From the NCBI RefSeq assembly GCF_036321535.1, contig NC_087437.1, forward strand, positions 1,922,001 to 1,986,000: DNA of 64,000 nucleotides. Direction: 5' to 3'. Both the position numbers and the translations under genes were made by a program. The notes below the pieces were generated by a model. The model did no database searches and was not told the DNA's origin. It was given only the letters and a program-made list of their open reading frames with translations. Below are positions 25,201 to 40,800 of the stretch, one piece after another. This stretch comes from Camelus dromedarius. Lineage: Eukaryota. The first letter of the stretch is position 1. Each line of letters starts with the position of its first letter.

Positions 25201-25941
25201 CCCTCGGCGTGCAAGGAGGGCACCCTCTGCTGCTTCAGGGTGGGAATTGGCATCCCTCCAGCTGGGCCTAATAAAGGGAGGCTTCCTCCATTAGAGAGAG
25301 AGACAAAAAATAGACAGACAGACACACTAGCCTCTTCCTCCATTTAGAAACACCCATATGTCTTAACCTTCTCCTCCTAATCCATTATATAGGTAGACAG
25401 ATACATACATAGACAGACAGACAGACAGACACACACACACACACAAACCCAAGCCCACACACAACCTTCCCTCCTACCAGTCCTCAATTAAGTAGGTAGA
25501 GAGACACACTAATTGCCTTCTCCATTAGATAATAAACAGACAAACGGTATAGACTATTTCTACTCCTCATTTAGATAGATGGAATGTGAGACTGACGCAT
25601 TCACACACTAGCCTCTACCTTCTCCTGTTAGAGAGACAGACAGATAGCCAGACACATGAAATCCTCCATCTTCTCCATTAGATATACGTAGAGAAATCTC
25701 TAAGATGCACAGAGAGACAAACACTAGTCTTCTCCTCCTCTGACAGACCGAGGGATAGATAATCAAGCCTCCTCATTCTTTTCCATTAGGTATAGTTACA
25801 TACATACATATCTGATAACAGACAGCCAGACAGACATACTAGCCTACTCTTCCTCCTTCAGATACATACATAGACTGATAGACAGATACAGTAGGCTCCT
25901 CCCCCTTTAGATACAGATACATAGATAGACATCCCCACGAG

Positions 25942-25982
<41 letters not shown>

Positions 25983-28900
25983 GCCTTCTCCTCTTCCTCA
26001 AAGAGCTAGATAGTTATATAGACACACTAAAATTCTACTCCAACAGACAGAATTATAAATGACACACTATCTTACTGCTATGCCTCCCCACATAGATAGA
26101 TAGCTAGCCAGATCGATAGAGAGGCAGGCAAATAGAGAGTCATACTAGTCGCCTCCTCCTCCGTTGGAGAGACAGACAGACACACACATAGTCTAGCTTC
26201 AACCATCCTCCAATAGATAGTCATTCAGGCAAGCAGTCAAACAGACAGACACACTAGAGGCGGGGTGCCGTCTGGCTACGTGGTTCGGCGGCGGGGCCCG
26301 GGGAAGAGGGTGCCCCTGGTGAACCAGAGGATTTTCTCCCATGTCCCTAGCTGCCTTGCCTCTGGGCGGCCTCCGCTAACCCAAGTTCGCCGGACGCAAG
26401 CCTTTGAAGTCAGCCTGCTCCTGGGAGCCGGCGAGGTAAGGACAGGGGAAGTGGTCAGCGGCAGACACGGAGGCGGCCCAGAACGCAAGAGGGATGCCTC
26501 GGCGAGTCGGTCATTTTCCTACCATCCCCCCTCTCCTGGCCTCGGGGCGGCCTCTGCTACCGCAGGTGTGCGGCAATTAATTCTCCTTGTCAGCCAGGTC
26601 CTGGGAGTCTGTCCAGGTGAGCCCAAGGGACACGGACGTCGCGGGGAGCGGACTGCCTCGGGTTAGCCGATCAGTTTGCTCCCATCCCCACAAGCGCCTG
26701 GCCTGGGGGCGGCCTGTCCTGCGCCAGGTTCAGAGTATGCACGTTTCCAGCTCAGCCAGCCCACCCGAGGCCGGCGCGCTGTGATCAGGGTCTGCAATGA
26801 GAAGTCGGGGCTGACTCACCGAGCCCGTGTATTTGTTCAGATCTCCCTCTTGGCTGGTCCTGGGCTAGGCCTCTACTACCCTAGGTCCACGAGGTGCTCA
26901 TCTCTGTGTTTTTCAGCTCCGGGGAAGCGAGTGCGGGGTGGTCAGGGGGCGGGGCGGGGGCGGGGCGGGGGCGGGGCGGGGGCAGCTACAGAGAGGGCTG
27001 AAGCGGGATGCACGGGCTGCCCAGGCAAGCCTGCGGATTTCCATCCAGTGTCCCCCTCGGCCTGCAATGCGGGCGCCCTCTGCTGCTTCAGGGTGGCAAT
27101 TGGCATCCCTCCAGGTGGGTCGAGTACTGGGAGGCTTCCTCCTTTAGACAGACAGAGAGACAAATAAAGAGACAGACAGACACACTAGCCTCTTCATCCA
27201 TTGAGAAACAGCCGTATATCCTAACCTCCTCCTCCTCATTCATTATATAGGTAGACAGATACATATATAGACAGACACACACACACACATACACACACTA
27301 GCCTCTTCCTACTCCTCAATTAAGTAGGTAGAGAGACACACTAATCTCCTCCTCCATTAGATAATAGATAGACAAACTTAATACATTTTTCTCCTCCTCC
27401 ATTAGATAGATGGAAAGTGAGATTGACCGATACACCCAGTAGCCGCTACCTTCTCCTGTTAGAGATACCGAGAGATAGCCAGACACATGGGATTATTTCT
27501 TCTTCTCCATTTGATATAGATAGAGACACACTCACAGACACACAGACAGACAGACACACTACTCTTCTCCTGCTCTGACAGACAGAGAGATAGACACTCT
27601 AGCCTCCTCCTTCTTCTCGAATACATACAGCTGCATAGATAGATATCTCATATATAGACAGACAGACTTACTAGCTTACTCCTCGTCCATTCGATGCACA
27701 CATAGACTGTTAGACAGACACAGTAGCCTCTTCCCCTCTTTGTTACACATACTTTGATAAAGAGACCCGCACGCACACACACACACACACACACATACAC
27801 ACAGGCTAGCATCCTCCTCTTCCTCAAATAGGTAGATAGGGAGATAGAAACACTAAATTCCTCCTCCAACAGACACACAAATAAAAAGAAACACTTGCCT
27901 ACTGCTGTGCCTGCACTACATAGGTCGATTTGTACACAGATTGATAAATACACAGATAGATAGAGAGATAGATAGATAGAGAGGCAGGCAAATGGAGAGA
28001 CATAATATTCGCCTCCTCCTCCAGTAGCTATATAGACAGACACACACATAGTCTAGCCTCTCGCATCCTCCAATAGATAGACAATCAGCCAGGCAGTCAA
28101 ACAGTCTGACACACGTGAGGCGGTGTGCAGTCTGGGGTTGGGCTTCAGCGGCGGCGACCGGGGACAGGTGTGCCACTGGCGAGCCATAGGACTTTATCCC
28201 ATGTCCCTAGCTGCCTTGCCTGGGGGCGGCCCCCGCTCCCCCAAATTCGACGGACTGAAGCTTTCAAGTTAGCCTGCTCGTGGCAGCAGGCGTTGTAAGG
28301 AAAGTGGAAGAGGTGAGCGGCAGCTCCGGAAGCGGCAGAGCATCTAAGGGGGATGCCTCGGCGAATCGGTCATTTTCCTCCCATTTCCCCCTCTCCTGGC
28401 ATCGGGGCAGCCTCTGCTACCCCAGGAGTGCGGGATTTCGTTGTCCTTGTCAGCCAGGTCCTAGGAAGCTGTCGAGGTGTGCTCAGGGGACAGGGATGTC
28501 GCTTCTAGAGGACTGCCTCGGGTGAGCCGATCAGTTTGCTCCCATCTCCACAAGCGCCTGGCCTGGGGGCGGCCTCTCCTTCCCCAGGTTCCCAGTATGC
28601 ATGTTTCCAGCTCAGCCTGTGCCCTTAGGCAGGCGCGGTGTTCTTAGGGGCTGCATTGAGGAGGCGGGGCTGCTCCACCGAGCCCGTGTATTTGCACAGA
28701 TCTCCCCGTTGACCGGTCCTAGGGTTGGTCTCTGCTACCCTAGGTACACGATGTACACATCTCGGTGTTTTCCGGCTCCCGGGAGGCAAATGCGGGGTGG
28801 TCAGGGGGCGGGGTGGGGGGTTGGAGTGGCGGTGGCGCCTACACAGAGGGAAGAAGAGGGATGCACGGGCTGTCCAGGGAAGCCTGTGGATTTCCATCCA

Positions 28901-29647
28901 GTGTCCCCCTCGGCGTGCAAGGAGGGCACCCTCTGCTGCTTCAGGGTGGGAATTGGCATCCCTCCAGCTGGGCCTAATAAAGGGAGGCTTCCTCCATTAG
29001 AGAGAGAGACAAAAAATAGACAGACAGACACACTAGCCTCTTCCTCCATTTAGAAACACCCATATGTCTTAACCTTCTCCTCCTAATCCATTATATAGGT
29101 AGACAGATACATACATAGACAGACAGACAGACAGACACACACACACACACAAACCCAAGCCCACACACAACCTTCCCTCCTACCAGTCCTCAATTAAGTA
29201 GGTAGAGAGACACACTAATCGCCTTCTCCATTAGATAATAAACAGACAAACGGTATAGACTATTTCTACTCCTCATTTAGATAGATGGAATGTGAGACTG
29301 ACGCATTCACACACTAGCCTCTACCTTCTCCTGTTAGAGAGACAGACAGATAGCCAGACACATGAAATCCTCCATCTTCTCCATTAGATATACGTAGAGA
29401 AATCTCTAAGATGCACAGAGAGACAAACACTAGTCTTCTCCTCCTCTGACAGACCGAGGGATAGATAATCAAGCCTCCTCATTCTTTTCCATTAGGTATA
29501 GTTACATACATACATATCTGATAACAGACAGCCAGACAGACATACTAGCCTACTCTTCCTCCTTCAGATACATACATAGACTGATAGACAGATACAGTAG
29601 GCTCCTCCCCCTTTAGATACAGATACATAGATAGACATCCCCACGAG

Positions 29648-29688
<41 letters not shown>

Positions 29689-32600
29689 GCCTTCTCCTCT
29701 TCCTCAAAGAGCTAGATAGTTATATAGACACACTAAAATTCTACTCCAACAGACAGAATTATAAATGACACACTATCTTACTGCTATGCCTCCCCACATA
29801 GATAGATAGCTAGCCAGATCGATAGAGAGGCAGGCAAATAGAGAGTCATACTAGTCGCCTCCTCCTCCGTTGGAGAGACAGACAGACACACACATAGTCT
29901 AGCTTCAACCATCCTCCAATAGATAGTCATTCAGGCAAGCAGTCAAACAGACAGACACACTAGAGGCGGGGTGCCGTCTGGCTACGTGGTTCGGCGGCGG
30001 GGCCCGGGGAAGAGGGTGCCCCTGGTGAACCAGAGGATTTTCTCCCATGTCCCTAGCTGCCTTGCCTCTGGGCGGCCTCCGCTAACCCAAGTTCGCCGGA
30101 CGCAAGCCTTTGAAGTCAGCCTGCTCCTGGGAGCCGGCGAGGTAAGGACAGGGGAAGTGGTCAGCGGCAGACACGGAGGCGGCCCAGAACGCAAGAGGGA
30201 TGCCTCGGCGAGTCGGTCATTTTCCTACCATCCCCCCTCTCCTGGCCTCGGGGCGGCCTCTGCTACCGCAGGTGTGCGGCAATTAATTCTCCTTGTCAGC
30301 CAGGTCCTGGGAGTCTGTCCAGGTGAGCCCAAGGGACACGGACGTCGCGGGGAGCGGACTGCCTCGGGTTAGCCGATCAGTTTGCTCCCATCCCCACAAG
30401 CGCCTGGCCTGGGGGCGGCCTGTCCTGCGCCAGGTTCAGAGTATGCACGTTTCCAGCTCAGCCAGCCCACCCGAGGCCGGCGCGCTGTGATCAGGGTCTG
30501 CAATGAGAAGTCGGGGCTGACTCACCGAGCCCGTGTATTTGTTCAGATCTCCCTCTTGGCTGGTCCTGGGCTAGGCCTCTACTACCCTAGGTCCACGAGG
30601 TGCTCATCTCTGTGTTTTTCAGCTCCGGGGAAGCGAGTGCGGGGTGGTCAGGGGGCGGGGAGGGGGCGGGGGCGGGGGCGGGGCGGGGGCAGCTACAGAG
30701 AGGGCTGAAGCGGGATGCACGGGCTGCCCAGGCAAGCCTGCGGATTTCCATCCAGCGTCCCCCTCGGCCTGCAATGCGGGCGCCCTCTGCTGCTTCAGGG
30801 TGGCAATTGGCATCCCTCCAGGTGGGTCGAGTACTGGGAGGCTTCCTCCTTTAGACAGACAGAGAGACAAATAAAGAGACAGACAGACACACTAGCCTCT
30901 TCATCCATTGAGAAACAGCCGTATATCCTAACCTCCTCCTCCTCATTCATTATATAGGTAGACAGATACATATATAGACAGACACACACACACACATACA
31001 CACACTAGCCTCTTCCTACTCCTCAATTAAGTAGGGAGAGAGACACACTAATCTCCTCCTCCATTAGATAATAGATAGACAAACTTAATACATTTTTCTC
31101 CTCCTCCATTAAATAGATGGAAAGTGAGATTGACCGATACACCCAGTAGCCGCTACCTTCTCCTGTTAGAGATACCGAGAGATAGCCAGACACATGGGAT
31201 TATTTCTTCTTCTCCATTTGATATAGATAGAGACACACTCACAGACACACAGACAGACAGACACACTACTCTTCTCCTGCTCTGACAGACAGAGAGATAG
31301 ACACTCTAGCCTCCTCCTTCTTCTCGAATACATACAGCTGCATAGATAGATATCTCATATATAGACAGACAGACTTACTAGCTTACTCCTCGTCCATTCG
31401 ATGCACACATAGACTGTTAGACAGACACAGTAGCCTCTTCCCCTCTTTGTTACACATACTTTGATAAAGAGACCCGCACGCACACACACACACACACACA
31501 TACACACAGGCTAGCATCCTCCTCTTCCTCAAATAGGTAGATAGGGAGATAGAAACACTAAATTCCTCCTCCAACAGACACACAAATAAAAAGAAACACT
31601 TGCCTACTGCTGTGCCTGCACTACATAGGTCGATTTGTACACAGATTGATAGATACGCAGATAGATAGAGAGATAGATAGATAGAGAGGCAGGCAAATGG
31701 AGAGACATAATATTCGCCTCCTCCTCCAGTAGCTATATAGACAGACACACACATAGTCTAGCCTCTCGCATCCTCCAATAGATAGACAATCAGCCAGGCA
31801 GTCAAACAGTCTGACACACGTGAGGCGGTGTGCAGTCTGGGGTTGGGCTTCAGCGGCGGCGACCGGGGACAGGTGTGCCACTGGCGAGCCATAGGACTTT
31901 ATCCCATGTCCCTAGCTGCCTTGCCTGGGGGCGGCCCCCGCTCCCCCAAATTCGACGGACTGAAGCTTTCAAGTTAGCCTGCTCGTGGCAGCAGGCGTTG
32001 TAAGGAAAGTGGAAGAGGTGAGCGGCAGCTCCGGAAGCGGCAGAGCATCTAAGGGGGATGCCTCGGCGAATCGGTCATTTTCCTCCCATTTCCCCCTCTC
32101 CTGGCATCGGGGCAGCCTCTGCTACCCCAGGAGTGCGGGATTTCGTTGTCCTTGTCAGCCAGGTCCTAGGAAGCTGTCGAGGTGTGCTCAGGGGACAGGG
32201 ATGTCGCTTCTAGAGGACTGCCTCGGGTGAGCCGATCAGTTTGCTCCCATCTCCACAAGCGCCTGGCCTGGGGGCGGCCTCTCCTTCCCCAGGTTCCCAG
32301 TATGCATGTTTCCAGCTCAGCCTGTGCCCTTAGGCAGGCGCGGTGTTCTTAGGGGCTGCATTGAGGAGGCGGGGCTGCTCCACCGAGCCCGTGTATTTGC
32401 ACAGATCTCCCCGTTGACCGGTCCTAGGGTTGGTCTCTGCTACCCTAGGTACACGATGTACACATCTCGGTGTTTTCCGGCTCCCGGGAGGCAAGTGCGG
32501 GGTGGTCAGGGGGCGGGGTGGGGGGTTGGAGTGGCGGTGGCGCCTACACAGAGGGAAGAAGAGGGATGCACGGGCTGTCCAGGGAAGCCTTTGGATTTCC

Positions 32601-33356
32601 ATCCAGTGTCCCCCTCGGCGTGCAAGGAGGGCACCCTCTGCTGCTTCAGGGTGGGAATTGGCATCCCTCCAGCTGGGCCTAATAAAGGGAGGCTTCCTCC
32701 ATTAGAGAGAGAGACAAAAAATAGACAGACAGACACACTAGCCTCTTCCTCCATTTAGAAACACCCATATGTCTTAACCTTCTCCTCCTAATCCATTATA
32801 TAGGTAGACAGATACATACATAGACAGACAGACAGACAGACACACACACACACACACACAAACCCAAGCCCACACACAACCTTCCCTCCTACCAGTCCTC
32901 AATTAAGTAGGTAGAGAGACACACTAATCGCCTTCTCCATTAGATAATAAACAGACAAACGGTATAGACTATTTCTACTCCTCATTTAGATAGATGGAAT
33001 GTGAGACTGACGCATTCACACACTAGCCTCTACCTTCTCCTGTTAGAGAGACAGACAGATAGCCAGACACATGAAATCCTCCATCTTCTCCATTAGATAT
33101 ACGTAGAGAAATCTCTAAGATGCACAGAGAGACAAACACTAGTCTTCTCCTCCTCTGACAGACCGAGGGATAGATAATCAAGCCTCCTCATTCTTTTCCA
33201 TTAGGTATAGTTACATACATACATATCTGATAACAGACAGCCAGACAGACATACTAGCCTACTCTTCCTCCTTCAGATACATACATAGACTGATAGACAG
33301 ATACAGTAGGCTCCTCCCCCTTTAGATACAGATACATAGATAGACATCCCCACGAG

Positions 33357-33390
<34 letters not shown>

Positions 33391-36300
33391 AGCCTTCTCC
33401 TCTTCCTCAAAGAGCTAGATAGTTATATAGACACACTAAAATTCTACTCCAACAGACAGAATTATAAATGACACACTATCTTACTGCTATGCCTCCCCAC
33501 ATAGATAGATAGCTAGCCAGATCGATAGAGAGGCAGGCAAATAGAGAGTCATACTAGTCGCCTCCTCCTCCGTTGGAGAGACAGACAGACACACACATAG
33601 TCTAGCTTCAACCATCCTCCAATAGATAGTCATTCAGGCAAGCAGTCAAACAGACAGACACACTAGAGGCGGGGTGCCGTCTGGCTACGTGGTTCGGCGG
33701 CGGGGCCCGGGGAAGAGGGTGCCCCTGGTGAACCAGAGGATTTTCTCCCATGTCCCTAGCTGCCTTGCCTCTGGGCGGCCTCCGCTAACCCAAGTTCGCC
33801 GGACGCAAGCCTTTGAAGTCAGCCTGCTCCTGGGAGCCGGCGAGGTAAGGACAGGGGAAGTGGTCAGCGGCAGACACGGAGGCGGCCCAGAACGCAAGAG
33901 GGATGCCTCGGCGAGTCGGTCATTTTCCTACCATCCCCCCTCTCCTGGCCTCGGGGCGGCCTCTGCTACCGCAGGTGTGCGGCAATTAATTCTCCTTGTC
34001 AGCCAGGTCCTGGGAGTCTGTCCAGGTGAGCCCAAGGGACACGGACGTCGCGGGGAGCGGACTGCCTCGGGTTAGCCGATCAGTTTGCTCCCATCCCCTC
34101 AAGCGCCTGGCCTGGGGGCGGCCTGTCCTGCGCCAGGTTCAGAGTATGCACGTTTCCAGCTCAGCCAGCCCACCCGAGGCCGGCGCGCTGTGATCAGGGT
34201 CTGCAATGAGAAGTCGGGGCTGACTCACCGAGCCCGTGTATTTGTTCAGATCTCCCTCTTGGCTGGTCCTGGGCTAGGCCTCTACTACCCTAGGTCCACG
34301 AGGTGCTCATCTCTGTGTTTTTCAGCTCCGGGGAAGCGAGTGCGGGGTGGTCAGGGGGCGGGGCGGGGGCGGGGCGGGGGCGGGGCGGGGGCAGCTACAG
34401 AGAGGGCTGAAGCGGGATGCACGGGCTGCCCAGGCAAGCCTGCGGATTTCCATCCAGTGTCCCCCTCGGCCTGCAATGCGGGCGCCCTCTGCTGCTTCAG
34501 GGTGGCAATTGGCATCCCTCCAGGTGGGTCGAGTACTGGGAGGCTTCCTCCTTTAGACAGACAGAGAGACAAATAAAGAGACAGACAGACACACTAGCCT
34601 CTTCATCCATTGAGAAACAGCCGTATATCCTAACCTCCTCCTCCTCATTCATTATATAGGTAGACAGATACATATATAGACAGACACACACACACACATA
34701 CACACACTAGCCTCTTCCTACTCCTCAATTAAGTAGGTAGAGAGACACACTAATCTCCTCCTCCATTAGATAATAGATAGACAAACTTAATACATTTTTC
34801 TCCTCCTCCATTAGATAGATGGAAAGTGAGATTGACCGATACACCCAGTAGCCGCTACCTTCTCCTGTTAGAGATACCGAGAGATAGCCAGACACATGGG
34901 ATTATTTCTTCTTCTCCATTTGATATAGATAGAGACACACTCACAGACACACAGACAGACAGACACACTACTCTTCTCCTGCTCTGACAGACAGAGAGAT
35001 AGACACTCTAGCCTCCTCCTTCTTCTCGAATACATACAGCTGCATAGATAGATATCTCATATATAGACAGACAGACTTACTAGCTTACTCCTCGTCCATT
35101 CGATGCACACATAGACTGTTAGACAGACACAGTAGCCTCTTCCCCTCTTTGTTACACATACTTTGATAAAGAGACCCGCACGCACACACACACACACACA
35201 CACATACACACAGGCTAGCATCCTCCTCTTCCTCAAATAGGTAGATAGGGAGATAGAAACACTAAATTCCTCCTCCAACAGACACACAAATAAAAAGAAA
35301 CACTTGCCTACTGCTGTGCCTGCACTACATAGGTCGATTTGTACACAGATTGATAAATACACAGATAGATAGAGAGATAGATAGATAGAGAGGCAGGCAA
35401 ATGGAGAGACATAATATTCGCCTCCTCCTCCAGTAGCTATATAGACAGACACACACATAGTCTAGCCTCTCGCATCCTCCAATAGATAGACAATCAGCCA
35501 GGCAGTCAAACAGTCTGACACACGTGAGGCGGTGTGCAGTCTGGGGTTGGGCTTCAGCGGCGGCGACCGGGGACAGGTGTGCCACTGGCGAGCCATAGGA
35601 CTTTATCCCATGTCCCTAGCTGCCTTGCCTGGGGGCGGCCCCCGCTCCCCCAAATTCGACGGACTGAAGCTTTCAAGTTAGCCTGCTCGTGGCAGCAGGC
35701 GTTGTAAGGAAAGTGGAAGAGGTGAGCGGCAGCTCCGGAAGCGGCAGAGCATCTAAGGGGGATGCCTCGGCGAATCGGTCATTTTCCTCCCATTTCCCCC
35801 TCTCCTGGCATCGGGGCAGCCTCTGCTACCCCAGGAGTGCGGGATTTCGTTGTCCTTGTCAGCCAGGTCCTAGGAAGCTGTCGAGGTGTGCTCAGGGGAC
35901 AGGGATGTCGCTTCTAGAGGACTGCCTCGGGTGAGCCGATCAGTTTGCTCCCATCTCCACAAGCGCCTGGCCTGGGGGCGGCCTCTCCTTCCCCAGGTTC
36001 CCAGTATGCATGTTTCCAGCTCAGCCTGTGCCCTTAGGCAGGCGCGGTGTTCTTAGGGGCTGCATTGAGGAGGCGGGGCTGCTCCACCGAGCCCGTGTAT
36101 TTGCACAGATCTCCCCGTTGACCGGTCCTAGGGTTGGTCTCTGCTACCCTAGGTACACGATGTACACATCTCGGTGTTTTCCGGCTCCCGGGAGGCAAAT
36201 GCGGGGTGGTCAGGGGGCGGGGTGGGGGGTTGGAGTGGCGGTGGCGCCTACACAGAGGGAAGAAGAGGGATGCACGGGCTGTCCAGGGAAGCCTGTGGAT

Positions 36301-37056
36301 TTCCATCCAGTGTCCCCCTCGGCGTGCAAGGAGGGCACCCTCTGCTGCTTCAGGGTGGGAATTGGCATCCCTCCAGCTGGGCCTAATAAAGGGAGGCTTC
36401 CTCCATTAGAGAGAGAGACAAAAAATAGACAGACAGACACACTAGCCTCTTCCTCCATTTAGAAACACCCATATGTCTTAACCTTCTCCTCCTAATCCAT
36501 TATATAGGTAGACAGATACATACATAGACAGACAGACAGACAGACACACACACACACACAAACCCAAGCCCACACACAACCTTCCCTCCTACCAGTCCTC
36601 AATTAAGTAGGTAGAGAGACACACTAATCGCCTTCTCCATTAGATAATAAACAGACAAACGGTATAGACTATTTCTACTCCTCATTTAGATAGATGGAAT
36701 GTGAGACTGACGCATTCACACACTAGCCTCTACCTTCTCCTGTTAGAGAGACAGACAGATAGCCAGACACATGAAATCCTCCATCTTCTCCATTAGATAT
36801 ACGTAGAGAAATCTCTAAGATGCACAGAGAGACAAACACTAGTCTTCTCCTCCTCTGACAGACCGAGGGATAGATAATCAAGCCTCCTCATTCTTTTCCA
36901 TTAGGTATAGTTACATACATACATATCTGATAACAGACAGCCAGACAGACATACTAGCCTACTCTTCCTCCTTCAGATACATACATAGACTGATAGACAG
37001 ATACAGTAGGCTCCTCCCCCTTTAGATACAGATACATAGATAGACATCCCCACGAG

Positions 37057-37099
<43 letters not shown>

Positions 37100-40000
37100 G
37101 CCTTCTCCTCTTCCTCAAAGAGCTAGATAGTTATATAGACACACTAAAATTCTACTCCAACAGACAGAATTATAAATGACACACTATCTTACTGCTATGC
37201 CTCCCCACATAGATAGATAGCTAGCCAGATCGATAGAGAGGCAGGCAAATAGAGAGTCATACTAGTCGCCTCCTCCTCCGTTGGAGAGACAGACAGACAC
37301 ACACATAGTCTAGCTTCAACCATCCTCCAATAGATAGTCATTCAGGCAAGCAGTCAAACAGACAGACACACTAGAGGCGGGGTGCCGTCTGGCTACGTGG
37401 TTCGGCGGCGGGGCCCGGGGAAGAGGGTGCCCCTGGTGAACCAGAGGATTTTCTCCCATGTCCCTAGCTGCCTTGCCTCTGGGCGGCCTCCGCTAACCCA
37501 AGTTCGCCGGACGCAAGCCTTTGAAGTCAGCCTGCTCCTGGGAGCCGGCGAGGTAAGGACAGGGGAAGTGGTCAGCGGCAGACACGGAGGCGGCCCAGAA
37601 CGCAAGAGGGATGCCTCGGCGAGTCGGTCATTTTCCTACCATCCCCCCTCTCCTGGCCTCGGGGCGGCCTCTGCTACCGCAGGTGTGCGGCAATTAATTC
37701 TCCTTGTCAGCCAGGTCCTGGGAGTCTGTCCAGGTGAGCCCAAGGGACACGGACGTCGCGGGGAGCGGACTGCCTCGGGTTAGCCGATCAGTTTGCTCCC
37801 ATCCCCACAAGCGCCTGGCCTGGGGGCGGCCTGTCCTGCGCCAGGTTCAGAGTATGCACGTTTCCAGCTCAGCCAGCCCACCCGAGGCCGGCGCGCTGTG
37901 ATCAGGGTCTGCAATGAGAAGTCGGGGCTGACTCACCGAGCCCGTGTATTTGTTCAGATCTCCCTCTTGGCTGGTCCTGGGCTAGGCCTCTACTACCCTA
38001 GGTCCACGAGGTGCTCATCTCTGTGTTTTTCAGCTCCGGGGAAGCGAGTGCGGGGTGGTCAGGGGGCGGGGAGGGGGCGGGGCGGGGGCGGGGCGGGGGC
38101 AGCTACAGAGAGGGCTGAAGCGGGATGCACGGGCTGCCCAGGCAAGCCTGCGGATTTCCATCCAGCGTCCCCCTCGGCCTGCAATGCGGGCGCCCTCTGC
38201 TGCTTCAGGGTGGCAATTGGCATCCCTCCAGGTGGGTCGAGTACTGGGAGGCTTCCTCCTTTAGACAGACAGAGAGACAAATAAAGAGACAGACAGACAC
38301 ACTAGCCTCTTCATCCATTGAGAAACAGCCGTATATCCTAACCTCCTCCTCCTCATTCATTATATAGGTAGACAGATACATATATAGACAGACACACACA
38401 CACACATACACACACTAGCCTCTTCCTACTCCTCAATTAAGTAGGGAGAGAGACACACTAATCTCCTCCTCCATTAGATAATAGATAGACAAACTTAATA
38501 CATTTTTCTCCTCCTCCATTAAATAGATGGAAAGTGAGATTGACCGATACACCCAGTAGCCGCTACCTTCTCCTGTTAGAGATACCGAGAGATAGCCAGA
38601 CACATGGGATTATTTCTTCTTCTCCATTTGATATAGATAGAGACACACTCACAGACACACAGACAGACAGACACACTACTCTTCTCCTGCTCTGACAGAC
38701 AGAGAGATAGACACTCTAGCCTCCTCCTTCTTCTCGAATACATACAGCTGCATAGATAGATATCTCATATATAGACAGACAGACTTACTAGCTTACTCCT
38801 CGTCCATTCGATGCACACATAGACTGTTAGACAGACACAGTAGCCTCTTCCCCTCTTTGTTACACATACTTTGATAAAGAGACCCGCACGCACACACACA
38901 CACACACACATACACACAGGCTAGCATCCTCCTCTTCCTCAAATAGGTAGATAGGGAGATAGAAACACTAAATTCCTCCTCCAACAGACACACAAATAAA
39001 AAGAAACACTTGCCTACTGCTGTGCCTGCACTACATAGGTCGATTTGTACACAGATTGATAGATACGCAGATAGATAGAGAGATAGATAGATAGAGAGGC
39101 AGGCAAATGGAGAGACATAATATTCGCCTCCTCCTCCAGTAGCTATATAGACAGACACACACATAGTCTAGCCTCTCGCATCCTCCAATAGATAGACAAT
39201 CAGCCAGGCAGTCAAACAGTCTGACACACGTGAGGCGGTGTGCAGTCTGGGGTTGGGCTTCAGCGGCGGCGACCGGGGACAGGTGTGCCACTGGCGAGCC
39301 ATAGGACTTTATCCCATGTCCCTAGCTGCCTTGCCTGGGGGCGGCCCCCGCTCCCCCAAATTCGACGGACTGAAGCTTTCAAGTTAGCCTGCTCGTGGCA
39401 GCAGGCGTTGTAAGGAAAGTGGAAGAGGTGAGCGGCAGCTCCGGAAGCGGCAGAGCATCTAAGGGGGATGCCTCGGCGAATCGGTCATTTTCCTCCCATT
39501 TCCCCCTCTCCTGGCATCGGGGCAGCCTCTGCTACCCCAGGAGTGCGGGATTTCGTTGTCCTTGTCAGCCAGGTCCTAGGAAGCTGTCGAGGTGTGCTCA
39601 GGGGACAGGGATGTCGCTTCTAGAGGACTGCCTCGGGTGAGCCGATCAGTTTGCTCCCATCTCCACAAGCGCCTGGCCTGGGGGCGGCCTCTCCTTCCCC
39701 AGGTTCCCAGTATGCATGTTTCCAGCTCAGCCTGTGCCCTTAGGCAGGCGCGGTGTTCTTAGGGGCTGCATTGAGGAGGCGGGGCTGCTCCACCGAGCCC
39801 GTGTATTTGCACAGATCTCCCCGTTGACCGGTCCTAGGGTTGGTCTCTGCTACCCTAGGTACACGATGTACACATCTCGGTGTTTTCCGGCTCCCGGGAG
39901 GCAAGTGCGGGGTGGTCAGGGGGCGGGGTGGGGGGTTGGAGTGGCGGTGGCGCCTACACAGAGGGAAGAAGAGGGATGCACGGGCTGTCCAGGGAAGCCT

Positions 40001-40766
40001 TTGGATTTCCATCCAGTGTCCCCCTCGGCGTGCAAGGAGGGCACCCTCTGCTGCTTCAGGGTGGGAATTGGCATCCCTCCAGCTGGGCCTAATAAAGGGA
40101 GGCTTCCTCCATTAGAGAGAGAGACAAAAAATAGACAGACAGACACACTAGCCTCTTCCTCCATTTAGAAACACCCATATGTCTTAACCTTCTCCTCCTA
40201 ATCCATTATATAGGTAGACAGATACATACATAGACAGACAGACAGACAGACACACACACACACACACACAAACCCAAGCCCACACACAACCTTCCCTCCT
40301 ACCAGTCCTCAATTAAGTAGGTAGAGAGACACACTAATCGCCTTCTCCATTAGATAATAAACAGACAAACGGTATAGACTATTTCTACTCCTCATTTAGA
40401 TAGATGGAATGTGAGACTGACGCATTCACACACTAGCCTCTACCTTCTCCTGTTAGAGAGACAGACAGATAGCCAGACACATGAAATCCTCCATCTTCTC
40501 CATTAGATATACGTAGAGAAATCTCTAAGATGCACAGAGAGACAAACACTAGTCTTCTCCTCCTCTGACAGACCGAGGGATAGATAATCAAGCCTCCTCA
40601 TTCTTTTCCATTAGGTATAGTTACATACATACATATCTGATAACAGACAGCCAGACAGACATACTAGCCTACTCTTCCTCCTTCAGATACATACATAGAC
40701 TGATAGACAGATACAGTAGGCTCCTCCCCCTTTAGATACAGATACATAGATAGACATCCCCACGAG

Positions 40767-40800
<34 letters not shown>
